Below are positions 24,901 to 39,900 of a stretch of 64,000 bases of DNA, one piece after another; position 1 is the first letter of the stretch, and each line of letters begins with the position of its first letter. The notes beneath the pieces were generated by a model. The model did no database searches. It saw nothing but the letters and a program-made list of their open reading frames with translations, and was not told the origin of the DNA. Both the position numbers and the translations under genes were made by a program. The stretch lies in the NCBI GenBank assembly GCA_040954595.2, contig CM082579.2, forward strand, positions 2,346,245 through 2,410,244, in the 5' to 3' direction. Origin of the DNA: Balanoglossus misakiensis. Taxonomy: Eukaryota; Animalia; Hemichordata.

Positions 24901-27900
24901 GTGTGATGGTACCAGGTTTCTGGTAATGCATAAACGCTCCATGTTACCATTATTTCACAGCCATAAAATTGACTCAAAGTGACAGCACTAGCCTAATTGT
25001 ATTAATGGTAAACTTATTCTTCTACCATTTTTTTCTATAATTAAAAAAGTAACAATACAACCAGGGTACTATAATATCCTGGTTTGTTATTTTTTGCGTT
25101 ATTGATAATTTGATTAGACATGTCGGATGTGTGAGGATGGTACCCATCACAAATCTGACACAATATTTTACCTCTGTACAAAATTTCATGCAAAACCGAC
25201 AGATGAAAACGCCAGATTCCTCTTGTGGAGACCGTCTTCGTGTTTCGTCGACAAAAGCCATGGATACCGAGGACAGAATTTGCCAGCCAATATCAGGTGC
25301 GGCAGATGTAATTACTGCAATTTTGCTTCATTGCCTTCCACTGTTTTCAAACATTGACATTGTATCACACTCTCGTCGGTAGGCCTTTGAGCGAAATTCA
25401 ATAGAACCTCTCGCATAAAAGGGAATTGATGGCTGGAAAAACGCTGATCGATTCGTATGTATTGATCATGAATCGCCAGCGCGCGAAGCTTACAAAGAAA
25501 AGTGCGGTTTCCGACAAATATATCGGAGATCACACATTCATATATGACAGGCTTTTTTCGTTTGTCAACGCTGGTCTGTGTTGACTTAAAATTTCAGTGA
25601 GCGCGAAAATGGAGGGGGGGGGGGGTTGTTCCGCCGGTGTTTGTTCGGAGTGGGATGTACACAGCGAGATTGTGGAGAAGCAACACTAGAATTGAATTCG
25701 CTTGAGTAATTCTAGGTAGATGTTGGCTTGAGGATGGGGATAGAATTTCACTCCCAGTGTATTCACTCGATGAATTTTTGCAATTTTGTTGCATGAATAT
25801 TTCACGCGAACCGTGTGTGCGTCAGACAAAAAAGACACCGACTCCTCCCAGTGTATCGTCCGTGGGTAAAACGCTCCATATATCAAATCAAAACCCACAA
25901 TTTTACTCTAGAAATCCGCAGGCGCTATTGTTTTGATTGGTAATATGCAAAATAGGAAATTGCTATCGAGCAGACCGAGCGCAATCCGGCGAGATTGACG
26001 CGATAAAATTTTGTTTTGAAGCACAGAGATAACATTTTTTCTGTCAATTGCACATATTTATACATTCAAAATTTTGATTTTCTTGCCTTAGGGGTTTCGC
26101 GGTGCAAAATGGTTTGAAGTAGCCGGAAAGTGTTTATTGAATTATCTTTCGTTATCAGTTCATAAGTTCGGTTTGTCATACGTCATCGCACAGCTGCGAA
26201 GAAAGCTGCGCTGATAAAAATGTACGTTATGCACACACCGATTCAGAGATATTGTAGATGTGAATATCAGATAGTAACAGACCCAGCTCATGTGTTGGCC
26301 CAAAAGTAAGTTCGCACATACGCATACACATCCATTCACACATAACCATCCATCAATCAATCCATGACAGATGTACATACAGACAGATGTACATATAAAA
26401 ATACTTACCTAACCATACCTTACCCCACCTTACCTTACCGTACCTTACCTTACCTTCATTACATTACATTAGTCTTTGTAACCTTCCAGTGCTCTCAAGA
26501 AGCAATTCGATTAATCAAAAGTAGGGAATAGTTTCGCACTTTAAAAATATAGGCAAACGTTTATTGAGTTTCCATCGCACGGCCTGAAAATGCACATTAA
26601 ACGCCCCGAAATTAATTGGAGCTGAACAACACACCCTTGCCTCGTAAAGCGACTTATGAATTCATCAATATTTTCATTCACATTCAAATTGTGGCTTTAT
26701 CGGTAGTTCTAAAATGCAGTGAAAATAACAAATTGATATTATCGGGAACCCCAAGCTGTGTTCTTTGTAAGTTCAAAGGCATAAAACTGCTGCTTGATTA
26801 GCATTTATTCTCGATAGTGCGATGCTTTCATGATGTGAAAATGTGTCAACCAAACGCTGCGTCACGCCGGTGTCGTTTAAAACAAACTATTGTTGCCGTC
26901 GATCTAGGTCCTCTCGCCGTATCTAGATGTACCAACAGTGCAATTTCCCCTCCACCGATGTGCACGTCCAGTACTGCTCTTCTGTTAGGACACCCTGGCG
27001 ATTTTTTCCCGCCCACTGATGGTGTTGCCGTCGTTCGGCATGCTTGTTATTCCACGGGATGTAAGGTTATTATATGCATGTATGGCCAATTACAGACTGG
27101 TTTGTTGGCTATGGAGAATTTCGTACCTATTAAAAATGATTCCCACAGAGTATGTCTTGGCCATGTCGGACATCCGTTGCAAGATGCAGATATAGAGTTT
27201 TTTTTGCGTCGGGAGCCATGCAATCTGATCCAGCGAATTAAACAGGTCATGCACAATCCTGGAGCAAACCGACGAGCTTCTTGATAAATGACCATGTCAG
27301 CGTTAGGTAAACCCTACATTAGATTGTAAATAGCTCACGGAAGCCATCAACCACGTTTCCGACACTTCTCTAATGAGCTCTCTGAACACAGCAGAAAATT
27401 TGGATAATTGGCCTGACAGTTAATCTATATTAATATCATAGTGAGAACGGCAATCAAGGAAAAGGGTTTCGACATTGAATTCCCTAAACTGTGTGACACC
27501 GTCTAAATTCCGACGATCATCAGCATTCTCCCAGGTACCAGCTGGTGGCCTTCACGTGCTTTTGAAGAAAGACAGACCAAGCGACGCTGGAAACCAACCA
27601 CGTGCGGCGAACTGCGTGAGAAATCTGAAACTCGGCTTCCCTGCATACATTTTATCCTTAAAGGCAATGTGACGTTTAATCAAGTTGCGCGGACTCCTGG
27701 TCTGCTATTGTATGTATACATGTGCGTATTACATCAAACCCATCAAATTAACTACTCTTCTGTCCACCCCACCTTAGCCAACTTATGTTGAGCGGCGTAC
27801 AGATGCAGTCATTTCCTAAACCGCTGCCTACCGCGGCTTACCAGAGGAAGGAAATTAAAGAAATTTCAACGCCTTAGGATACACTGACGTGAGGCTTTTG

Positions 27901-30900
27901 CGCTTAGTGAATTGCATCGATCGAGTACTAACTGGCGTTGGGATAAATGTGCCCTCGTGTGGTACGCTCGCTAACTTGCCCGCTAATCTGTTTTGAAGTG
28001 CTTATGTCAACATGTGGCACGCCAAATAAGAAAACAACAACAACAACAACGACAACAACAGTTGATAAGGGATTTCACATTACAGCATGTGATATCAGTA
28101 GATATTGCCCCATGTACAATTAATAATTTGTTGAATTGACTTAATTTATTTCACTATCATACATCACAAGTAAGGCGATATATCGTAAATCGCTTAATAT
28201 TTCAAGCCAAACAGTTGGTTCGGAAAGCATGATTTACGGCGAGTTCAGAGCAATATGTTTTTCTAAAATTTTCTAATATTCCGCATAATTGATGAGGGGT
28301 TCTGCTGAAAGGTATGGAAATGCATGATCAACCCATCATGCAAATCGTGATTGGCAGTTTATTACTGACTTGCCAAACATTCTGTTGAAAGCATTCTCAG
28401 TTTAACGCTCGTCGATTTGTAATCATTATGCTCTTCGTGCGATGAAGGTCCTTCTCCTGACGCGCTGGCAGGGTCTAATGACTACTGCAATTGTATGTCT
28501 TTGTGACTATTATTCTTACTGTTATTTTCGCTGTCCAGTTGCCTGTCACAATACAACGAAATGGAGTAGGACATGAAATTGGCAATCTGTAGCCATTCAC
28601 CACGATTGTTAGCTTGTATTCTAAACAATGCACATACGGCGATGCATGTACCATACGACAAAAAAGCCGCATCGAGAACCGAACAATTTATGATTATTAT
28701 GGCCAATTTAAACATATGGCTTATGATGCATGGGCCTTAGGCGGAATCCATTTAATTTCGCGCAAGCACTCAAGCTGTATGACGTCAGACAGATAAAGCG
28801 AGACAAAAACATATTTTCCAAAATGCAATAGTATGCAAATAATAATTTTATCCAAATCTGTACATTAAAATTAGCACTGCAAAAACAATAATATGCCGAC
28901 CATTGGCTTAATATCACGACTCGTTATGCTAACGGACACCCGGTGTCATCTGGTGATTTTTAATTTACGATCATTGTATCAAAATATTATCATTATAATT
29001 CATGAGCCTGATATTGCTATTTATGACGGAACAAGTTCTTAACATAACACAGTTGTGGTGGCTAGATGATAGAAGTGCAGTCGAATTCCGACCACACGGT
29101 ATTCGAATCGTAAACGGCATTCATTAAAAGCAGGTTATTGACTCAGTGCGAGTGCTTTTATAAGACAAATTTGTAATAGTCCAATTTTAAAGACATTAAC
29201 AAATATTAGTCTCCACTTTCATTATATTTGTCACGTCGAGTGAATGCCTTCTTATGAACTAGTCGGTGTTTGACAGTCAAGAGGAAATTAAAGTAGATTT
29301 ATTTCCCCCTTTCGGGTGCCACGATGGCCTAGCTATAACCATTTTGTTAAATTCTTGTAATTATTATTGGAATGACCCCAATGTATTACATTGTTTCCAT
29401 ACAGACGAAAACTAAACATCACCCAGCACAATAGTAACGCGTATGCCACCAGGCATATTAATTGTATGTTCCATATAAGACGTTTGTCTCGCGGATTTAA
29501 AGTTGAAGGAGAATGTGACGATCTGAACTTTGTCCTTATCAGGTTTAGAAAATAAGATTATGGTGGTGACCTTCTGTGTCTCTCTGTGAAGGTAAAAACA
29601 TCGACGACTGGGCGTGACAAGAGATGATCTTGTACTTGAGTTTAACTTTTTCCTTCAGGTACATTCACAACGTGTTTATCGATTGTTTTTACATTAGATG
29701 AGAAAACCGAACCATCAATAAATGCTACTGTCAAGACGCAAACACTGTCGTTAAACGATGGCGGGAGGGACCGTGCACAATTTGAACAATAATAAGATAT
29801 GTTCTTCCCTAATAGATCTCAATATAAAACACGTATTCGCACAAAAGACTGTGTTCTTTTGAATAAACTGTCCGTTGTTCGTGATTTAATTACGCGTGTT
29901 CTGTTCAGGTGTTCCAATCACATTCAATCACCAAGCAGTTGCAGCAACAAAACAAGCGAGGGAGAAGCTCAATTCTCCTATATTTTACAAATTGTATTAA
30001 CTTCCACGAGAGGCCAGCTGATAGGGAATTGTACAGTTTAACCCGCAAACAATATCTTCACACACATACATCACGCAATAGCGCAGACTCCCCGAGCTGC
30101 CCTTTAGACAACGAGCGAAAACACACACGAACACAGAGAAAACTCGACCCTTGATAATCATTGAGTATCAAGCACATGCGTTTGTACCGGGCGTCCCGAA
30201 CATCGCCGGCGGGGGTAATCAACGTTAGCACAAGACCAAGTATACTTTACAGCAAATGTAGCACTGTCTTGCGCCGAGGCTCCTTGGGGTGTGAAATTGT
30301 CTTGATGTATGATGCGATTGCGCACAAGTCAGTTATCATTGACCGAAGTGAAATGATAGCGTACCTCTCACGTCGAGCGATGTTGCAGATAAAGAAAGGC
30401 TAAGCAGCGATGGGGAATCATGTCTTATATACATATATAAATGACGTCGGTTTGGTGAATTAAAGTCACGTGGTGTCTCCTAATTCTTTCAATTTCATGC
30501 CTCAAGCACACAATTTGTTGATTCCGCGATGTATTTTTTTCGCCCAACAGACCTTGTATCAAATGACTGAGAGATCTAACATGGTCCTCTTGTATAAATG
30601 CACCGTAGTGTGCTTGCTCTTATAAAACCTTCTCCATCGGCGTTATTTCCTCATTAGTTTGTATATAATCAAAGTCCCTAGGACGACGAAGGCCCCTGTT
30701 TCGAGATAAAAGAATAATGATAATAAAAACATTGCCCGTTTGTGATGGGTTCCAGCCATGATAGATGAGAGTTTCACCATCAGACTATCTGGACAGGATC
30801 AGCGGAATCACTACCTCTGCGTAAAAATTTATAACTTTTATTGACATGTTGACCATAAAGATAATCCTCACAACATATACATGACAATTTTAAGTTGGCT

Positions 30901-33900
30901 TATTGTTTGTGAAATCCATGTCGTGACGTTGTTTTAATGCATACTATCATAGGTTAGATGACGCTGATAACAGATGTAGGCCCTAGACGCATCATTAAGG
31001 AGAGCAGTTTAAAGTTTGCTCTTTCGAGGTTGTTTTCACTTTGATTTTTAAAGTAACTTTCAAATGGACTTGATTTCCTCTTTCCCTGTCCGACCTTTGA
31101 CCCAATCAGTATCGTACAGAACCCCCATGGCTGCACACTAATGGCAATTCACCGCAGAACATAAAATTTCAAGTCCTGACGAAGAAATGTCTGCTACATT
31201 TCCGCGATTTAAAAACCTCGTTTTAAAAAAAACGCGTGTACCGATTTTCCGCTTAGTCGAAGTCGAGGGTTATTTGTTCGTGTTTGATGAAGACGATGCA
31301 GTTGGGATGAGGCTCCTCGCAATGATGCAAATTCGCCGTCTCGTGCCGTCATTCGATTCAATTGTTTCGTGCAAGTACGCTCCGGTGGGTACGCAACTTC
31401 ATTTGGGAACTAAACATTCCAGTTATTCGCTTGAGAATTCAAGCTTCTTAAAACGGGTAATGATGCTTACTTGTGTAAAGATTTATATGCCAATTTATGT
31501 CGCCAGTAAAATATTAATAAAGGTACAAGGTACTTCTCTTGGTCCCATTGGATCTTGAAGACTACTTCCTTAATTATCCCCTGCGTGTTGCTGTTTGGCG
31601 GTTTTTGAAGACAAAACTTGTGTGTGTCGAGAAACAAATTGTCCCGGCCGCACATGTTGGTGATAATATATTTAGCCCACTGCGTTTTATGGGGAAATTC
31701 ATAAATGTGAATCACCCCGTGCAATAAAGAATGTAAGATTTCTTCGATTATTTTCTGAAAATGTTGGAATATACGACATTGAGGTGTCCTCAATACATGT
31801 TTTTCGCATAAATATCCAGGAAGTAGTGTTGGAGAGCTGATGTCGGGATAATACAGTTGTTGGATTTTTTATAACCCTGGATGATATTTGAACGTGTTCA
31901 AGCAAATACGTTTTTTCTTCTTCTTTTTCTCGATGTTATTTATTCTAATGTGAATGGTTAATTTTACTAACGAGTCATTCAGATTCTCGATTCATGATTT
32001 TGTAAGGCAGGTGGAAGTGCCCAGAAGCTTAATAATTAGCAGGATATAAGTACATACGTCCAACCAAGATGCTTGAAACATTCAGCGCTCTAGAGTAAAT
32101 GCCTAAAGGTTGAAATAAGGCCATTGCCGCGGGTGTTGACCAGCGTAATCGTACCTCTAATAGACGCTGATGAGCTTTTGCCTTGCGCTGCCTTATTTAG
32201 ACAAGAGTTAAAATACCACATCAAGTTAGAAATTCTTGAAGGACGACTGCCTTCGTTTTGCAATAATGTTTCAGAAATTTGTTCCATGCCCACGATCAGC
32301 AGCGAACACATCTGCGGGTTGGTTGGTTGCTTCTAAATTTAGACTCCGCTATCGTGAATCTCATCATGCACAATGGAATAAGCACGGTTTTGCGCACACC
32401 GAGAGAGTTGTCAAAATTAGCCTTTACACAATATCGACATTTTAAATGCCTCATTCGGTGCCTATTTCGTTAAAACGCTATCCTATTCTCATGCGATCTT
32501 CTCAGCTGATTGCAACTTATAAAAGTTAAAAATAGAAGAATTTACAGCGCGCAAAATGTGATGACTGCAGGAGGACATCACCATAGGCGACGGCGACGTT
32601 TGTGTGTATCCGACAGAGTTCGCACAATCATCCTTTGATAAATACTTGAAGAGATTTGGAATTGAATTGCCTAGATATGATATGACTTATATTGCCTTTT
32701 GTTTCATTCACTTGCCCAGAGATACTTGTATTTTGGACATTTCACCAGCTAAATAATAAATTGTGGACCTACTCACTGGGAAGGATAAGCAAGCTGTTGA
32801 CTTATTGAAGCCTACCCTCATTCATACCTCCCTTTCTTGCTTGACTTCATTATTAAATAAAATGGAGAAGAGTATAACGTTCTAGGAACTGTCGTAAAAA
32901 GCGAATGTTGGCGGTGAAACATTTACTACGCCAGCCCTCCGAATCCTTGCCCCGGCTTTCAAACGTGCCGTACATCCCAGAGAAGCTCTTGTATAATGCA
33001 TTTGCCCGTAACGAGACATGTGAGTACAAGGTTGCGTGATGGAAGTTTTCCCACGGTGGTTGCTCTCCAAATGGTTTTAGTAGTAAGACACGGTGTAGAC
33101 GCGTCTAGTATGCGTGTTGATCAGGCCGTAATTTTCTCTTATTTAACCATTCCGCAATAAACTGCTCTCGTTTCGAATCGGAGTAAATCATGTACGGGGC
33201 TGTGGCCCGCGGGGGAAGTGCATGCTCCGAGCGGTGCTTGATATTGGCGGGTTCAAATTGTCCTCGTGTCTTAGGAGGGGAACGGGGCAAGCTATATTGT
33301 GCAGAGATGCTTTAGCTTTGAAGAGTTATGTCTAGTGTTCACCCATTAGCAAAACCCACGACCTTAGCTTTTTGCGAGTTTTGTTTGTCTTTATAATGCT
33401 TAAAGCCCCATGAGCTGCCAAATTTTAGATATTCATGTATACCAGGTATCTCTTAGGGCTTTAAGCCAAAATTCAGGCATGTATCTTAGATTTCGAGGCA
33501 CTTGTCTTTATCAAAACCAAACCGTCAGTGTTGCTTATAGAACCTACCTCTCAAGAAAGTCACTTTGTCAGGTGTTTCCAAAAATAAGAAATAAGAATTT
33601 TTCACGTCAAGGCGAGAACACTTATGAACTGCTTTCGTTGAGGCTATCACTCACACGGACAAAAGCTGTCAAAACTTATTCAAATATACCATTAAATTTG
33701 TATTTAGGCAACAATTATTAAGTAAAATATGCTTTTCAGTTATGACAGCAATACGCGTACTTTTGTAAAGCATACTCAGGCGTGAAAGAGGTGATTATAG
33801 ATTTATTCGCAAAAGAAAGTCCAATTAAATGTTAATCACCCATACCACTATGCAATTCACACTACTCTCAGACTCGCATAGCATTTCAAATCCTTAGTTC

Positions 33901-36900
33901 AATTTCCATTGATTCGTGGTGTTTTCATTTTCATGAAAGCGAGAAGGAGCGAAACTATATTAAGTATTAACATGGAAACAGGAGTCTAAAACGCCGAGCT
34001 TGCCACTGTACATATACATAGAACTTTCATTGCATTTTTAGATACACTGCTTAATATAACCGCGCAACTATGGACCAGTGGGGGGGGGGAATTGCATTTG
34101 GAGGTGAAAAATTAAAGAGGAAGAATGAAAGTTTTCCCTTTGGATAACTAAAATTTCTTCAGTGCTCCTAGGCTATAGGGCGTTCCGCCTCTAGCCTATG
34201 CAGTCCTTTCAAACCCCATATATTTCCTCACTCAGTATAGCAGATTGCGAAAACGGCGAAGTTACTTTCATTCCAGTCTGGTTTTGTGACAGTATGTCTG
34301 CTGACGTCACAAAACCCGCTTTACTACTCACATTTAATGAAACTTCAAAGCATCCATTTTATTTTTGGCGAAAAAGATATAGAACCTGTTCGCATGCGTG
34401 TGTTTTTCAGTGGCACCAATCACTTAACCTGAGAATTACGGTTTACTTGTGAGATGTTTACTATTTCGCTGAAATGTAACACATGTGTCGCTTACAATAC
34501 AATTGTCGATTGAAGTCGAAGAAAGGTAAAATAAACCCCGTTATTCGTCTGTTTCGGTGTTTTGCTCAAAGGTTCGACTGATATCGTTTGATTTTATGAG
34601 TGTATGTGCGTCACGACTCAGATGCAGGGCCGTCTCCAAAGCGTGATTCCTAAATGATTCACATGCTTCTTTTTTGCATTTTCAGGTGCCCCGGTTTTAG
34701 TTGAAGCTGATATATATGCACTGAGCATCGGACCCGTTGTAGAAGTCGACATGGTAAGCAAGACATTGCCTAATTGCATTAAGGAACGACCAGAATGGTT
34801 GTCCCGTATTTCGTGTATATTCATCCGCCACTGTGTTTTTTTCTTATTTCTGTGCTCGAACTTCCACTCAATTACATCCCATCGCGATGTTTTCATTTAG
34901 GAACAGTTTTATTTGTGTTGCCCACTTTTGACGACAAATTCCGTGAATGGCCGAAGAGCCGCGGATTGTTGAAAGGCAACACCGTGAGATTGTATAACAC
35001 GGGTCGTTAAAATAGCACGAATCAGACGAGAGCCCGCGAATGAAGCCTACATTATATTCTTCAAACGTCGGCCTGAGTAAAGGTTGGGCTATCGAAGCCC
35101 TTGTGAGGTTAATCGGTGATCTCGCTAAAACATTTTAGCTGTTATTTTATGCTGTTCCCGCTGCAACTGAAAAGGCATCTACATTTACGCTGTCTCTACG
35201 GGACTCCTAATATTCCTAGTCATTATATAATCTCGGCCATCCATTCTTTTTCTTTCGCGCAAGCAGTTATTTTTATGTATGTGTAAATGAAAGCCTTGGT
35301 TGAATTGAGATGAATTGTATCAAGGTGTATTCAACCCCGTCCGTCTTGGGGATTTATTATTCTTGATATTTCAATTTCGCCGATGTCGAGATATTTATTC
35401 TTTTAGAAACCGCCTATCTTACCATTTGTCTAATTGCAACCTGAATAATGTAAGACTTGTTTCCTTTATGCTAAATGCTAATGATAGGAAGACTCAGGCG
35501 CACGTACACTCATGAAATCACGATCCCATCCCAGAAAAATAGTTACCTGGAGCATATCGCCGAAGTCTGCATAATTAATTTTCGCGATACTTTAAAATTT
35601 GAATGGGCCGATTTTCTGAGTACCAAGTGAAACAAAAACACAATTGATCTTTTTGTTCGAAAGTCTAATGTGCGCATGTCGTGTTGTGCCGCCATCTTAC
35701 ATTTTATCGTCGACTTTCTTTTCTTGTGTACTTCTGAGCTGAACTGATTTTGAAAAATTAATTGCCTGGGGAGTCCAACAGAGTAGAGCTCAGTTGAATT
35801 GAAATAATCAAGCGACCTCGGTCATTATAACTTTCACTACTTAAGGAAATGAGCGTATTTGGTTAAAAAGGGAAATATCCACGAAGATGGAGAATGGAGT
35901 AGTTCCGCTGTGATGTCCCGAAGGAATCGTAGGGTAGAATTGAAACAGTGAGCGAGAGCAGCCAATTCGACTTGTCCTCTTTGTATGTTTAATTAACCTG
36001 TCTGTTCATATTACATATCGCCCCGTTGCATTCTATTTTGTGCATTTAGGTTTCGATGAAAAATGCAACAAGTCGCCTTCTACAGTGCCAACGCACAACT
36101 GACTGACTAAGTAACTAAGTGACTAACTATAGATAGACAGACTTACACAGTCTAGAGTGAGATAGATAGATAGACAAACAGAGACAGATATAAACGTACA
36201 TCTACAACCATACCAATCCGTCATATTATTTTGAATGGTTCATAGCAACATTTTGAAAAGGATGCATATTTGTCTTATGATAACAAAATATTTGTAAAGC
36301 AGATTGTGAGACGACAACTGTCATTTGTGTTTGTGTGCACTTCGGATTGAACGGCACCATGTTGGGGTCAAAAGGTCATACATTGGATAGGGAAAAAACG
36401 CATCAGTATCCTCAGGGTAATTCCGGGTGGACTATGCAACGTATAGAGTTTGATTGAAGCTATTCAAAGTGATAAATTGTCATCATATTTCACGCGAATT
36501 GTCTCCAGAAAAGTAATTTCCAAATCTGTGTTTCTGTTCGATGTTATATTACACGAGCTTTTAGAATTAGCACTATACATGTCGTTGGGTTATGATTTTG
36601 GACGTTATTCGCAGGTACTGCAACGATACATAATTACTGTGAGTGGAATGAGACAAGTCTGTCTTTAGTGTTTCTTCTTGTCCTCATTTTAATGTTTCTT
36701 TTTTTAAACAGAAAATAGACCGTGATGTTCAATGTTAAATTTGAGCCATTTTCAAATGAACCTGTCGTTACTGTGTATACTCGGGTCATCTTGAATAATG
36801 AGAGATTTTCGTTTTCTCTGGTGGACCTTTAAAACCGAGTTTCTTGCAATGCAATTTGATCAATAATTTGTCGTGTCTTGTCGCAATGTTTTGTCGGAAT

Positions 36901-39900
36901 TTAGAAATCGAAAGTCGAAAAATTCTTAAACATGGAATTATTTATCGGATAAAAACCTATGGAATATGAGAATGGTTTCTTCCTTTAAGACATTCGCCAG
37001 ATCGCAGTCTTTTTATTTTATATAAACTAAGCGTTCCGCAGCCTGACATACAAAAGTGTGACCTCTAAGTTTTCCATGGGCGGCTAAAACTTTTTGAAGT
37101 ATCACCGGCCGTGAAAGGTGTCGTGTGCTCAGTTCGGTGCATAGGAGTCATGCAGCAGCCGTATTATTGCTAAATTTCCATCAAATGGTTCTACAGTAAA
37201 TGTTTGATATGGTTCCATACTCTAATCCGCACTCAGAGTTAATAAGCTGCCGCACTCCCAGCGTTATGTAAGGGAGCGTAAAGCAGTTTTGTTATATTGG
37301 ATATGAAACATAATTGCGACTGCCGATAGTGGGCTTTTGTTGTGCCTTTTAACGGAGCACAGGTCTGATGTTCCTGAGCGAAAAAAGGGACGTTTTATTC
37401 ATGTTAAATTACAGCTTAGGTAAAAAGTTTCATTTCAGTAAGTATACATGTCTTCCATGTTAGTATAATGACTTTTTTGAATTCGAAGCGATTTAATGCA
37501 CAGAATATTAAGAAGTATATATGTACCAGACGTTTCCAACCCGAGCAGTGATTTTTAGGAATCTACTCCTTTTTAATACCATCAAGCTTGTTGAGATGCA
37601 GCTCACCTCGACACACATTCATATTATTCTTAGGGTCACTGCACTTCAATTGCATGTAAGAATTATCCGCATTGTGGCCAAGACGGCGTTCTTACGAACT
37701 TCGCATTTCGGATAATGCGGGAAGCAGCATTTTTAAGTCCTCGGGGCTCGGTAAGGCGCCAATTTCAACTTGAACTTGTCGGGAACAAATTCTGTGAGTG
37801 CAACTTCGCCGTCGAGAACTTAAAAGGCTTCCGCCCACCTGAAACCTGTTGGCAACGGATTAAATGTTTTAAAAACATTAGCGTAGATGCAATTTTTGTG
37901 TTTGATAACGATTGCCACATGTCAGAGGTCAGTCAATGTCACAGTCAACCTAAGGCATACTAAAATAAAGTGATGCTGAAATTGCCTCAGTTTCTTCTAC
38001 GTCATGGCGGGAATCGCAAAATGTAGCCTATAAAGAATGACCTTAAAATGACGAAAATATCGCTTTTCGACATATTTCAGAAGGATTGGATACATTTGCT
38101 TATTAGACATTCGTTAATTTTATGCGTGGTTGCATGTTGACGTTTGTTTCATTGACTTGTGAATGGAACGTTTGCATAGGAAAAATCTGTCCACAAAACA
38201 CAACACATCGGGTGCATTTAGGTCATTTATGTCAGCTTTTTTCCTCATTTCAAGTGAAACCATCAGATTCTATACTGACGCCTTGAAGTAGCAAAACTCA
38301 ATTTACCGCGAGTTAATCAAATTGCCTGAGTAGACAGGTACGCACGAAACGCCACGTGCGTTTTTGAGGGAGCAATTTTCAAGTTGATGTGTATGCCAAT
38401 CTCTTTACGTGGTATTTTGATAGACAGTCGATCCGACGGTGATGGGATTGCACACAGATGATGACAGTCAGTTTACCAATTGGGGGGGGGGGGGCTGTTT
38501 GAAACGGTTGCCGCGGTCATCTGGACAGGAAGAGTTGTGCCATTTGATTGCGGAGTGGCTTTGTCGCAAATAACAGACACGTCCCAAATGTCAGGAAATG
38601 GAAATCTTCAGTGAAACTGACAAAGAGCTAAAATGTTACTTTTAGTAGTCATTTATGTCAACTTTGCTCAACGGAAGGGGATAAATCCCTCTTTTACAGA
38701 CAATAGATTTTCTGGAGCTCAGCTGGTGATGTTTAAGAAAGAATCTACTCCTTATACCCGGGGTGCCATTAGCGCGAACATTAGCATCCTGATTTTCTTT
38801 TGCATTAATCGTTGAGTGTTTTTGACCATGTTGCCGTTAGCAGGTCCAATGTGGGTGTTGCTCGACACGAAGTAATTATTTATGATGCGATTGTGAGAAA
38901 GATCATTTCATCTGTCCATTCAAGTGCTCGTGAAGCAAAAAAATGTACGAAAATCGAGGAACAGGTGAATGCAGTTTCGCTAACAAGTTGGTGCAGAAAG
39001 ACAGATCAAACACGCAGGTCAAACCGGGCAGCGTGGCTTAATAAATGCATTTGCTTATTTCGATATCTAGGTACGTGCGATTTGACTAGAACGCGATGCA
39101 ATCTCTTCTGGAACTCCGAAATCAGCGAAAAAGACGCTTTAATACGATAGGTCGCACCCACGTAATTAAGATTCCATCGGCGAGGAACTCGCCTTTTGAA
39201 TTGAAAATTCAAACTAGACGACATGAGGTCTGCCTTGAGAGATTCTGCATTTTGTTCTGTGAGACGGCTTGCTGTTGCTTGGCAATGTTCATTTGTTGCC
39301 GACTGACATGAAAGGAGCGAGTCTGATAATGTGAAACTCGACACTGGATGACATTGTTTGCGTTTCCTCCTGAATGTTCAAACAGTCTTATACCTGACAG
39401 AGGGGAAAACTTTCGCCACCTGAAGCTACACGCACATATCTAGGTAAAGGCACATTGCGTCTATTAACGACCAAAAGGATCTGGATGGCACCCGATACGT
39501 AATTAGGTTTCGTCAATAGCTTTGCAAACCGCCACATGAAGGGGCGCTCAATCGACACAGACCTCCTTCAAGAGAATATTTTGAGATACCTCTATCAAGA
39601 CCATATTAAGGCACGTATTCATCCTATGATGAAAAAGAGGCACATGGAAGTTACTATGGCGACCGTTGATGTGTAGCAAAAGAGCAGTAGACTTAAATAG
39701 GAAAAATTATAAATAGCTTTCGAATAACATGAAACAAAAATAACCAAGAAAAATGAACGTCGACGCGGGAAAATCCCCTACTTAAATCACATCTGTATAT
39801 GGTCTGCATCGATGCAGAATAATTATCCAGACAAGAAAATCCGACGTGTAGGCGACACTTGCTGTTGTCCAGCCCCTTATTATGTCTACAGATATCTAAG

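Noticed and set aside
26817-27284. 155-aa intronic ORF as a nested gene or transposon protein
   Set aside because: No recognisable domain, non-ATG start and random-looking composition.
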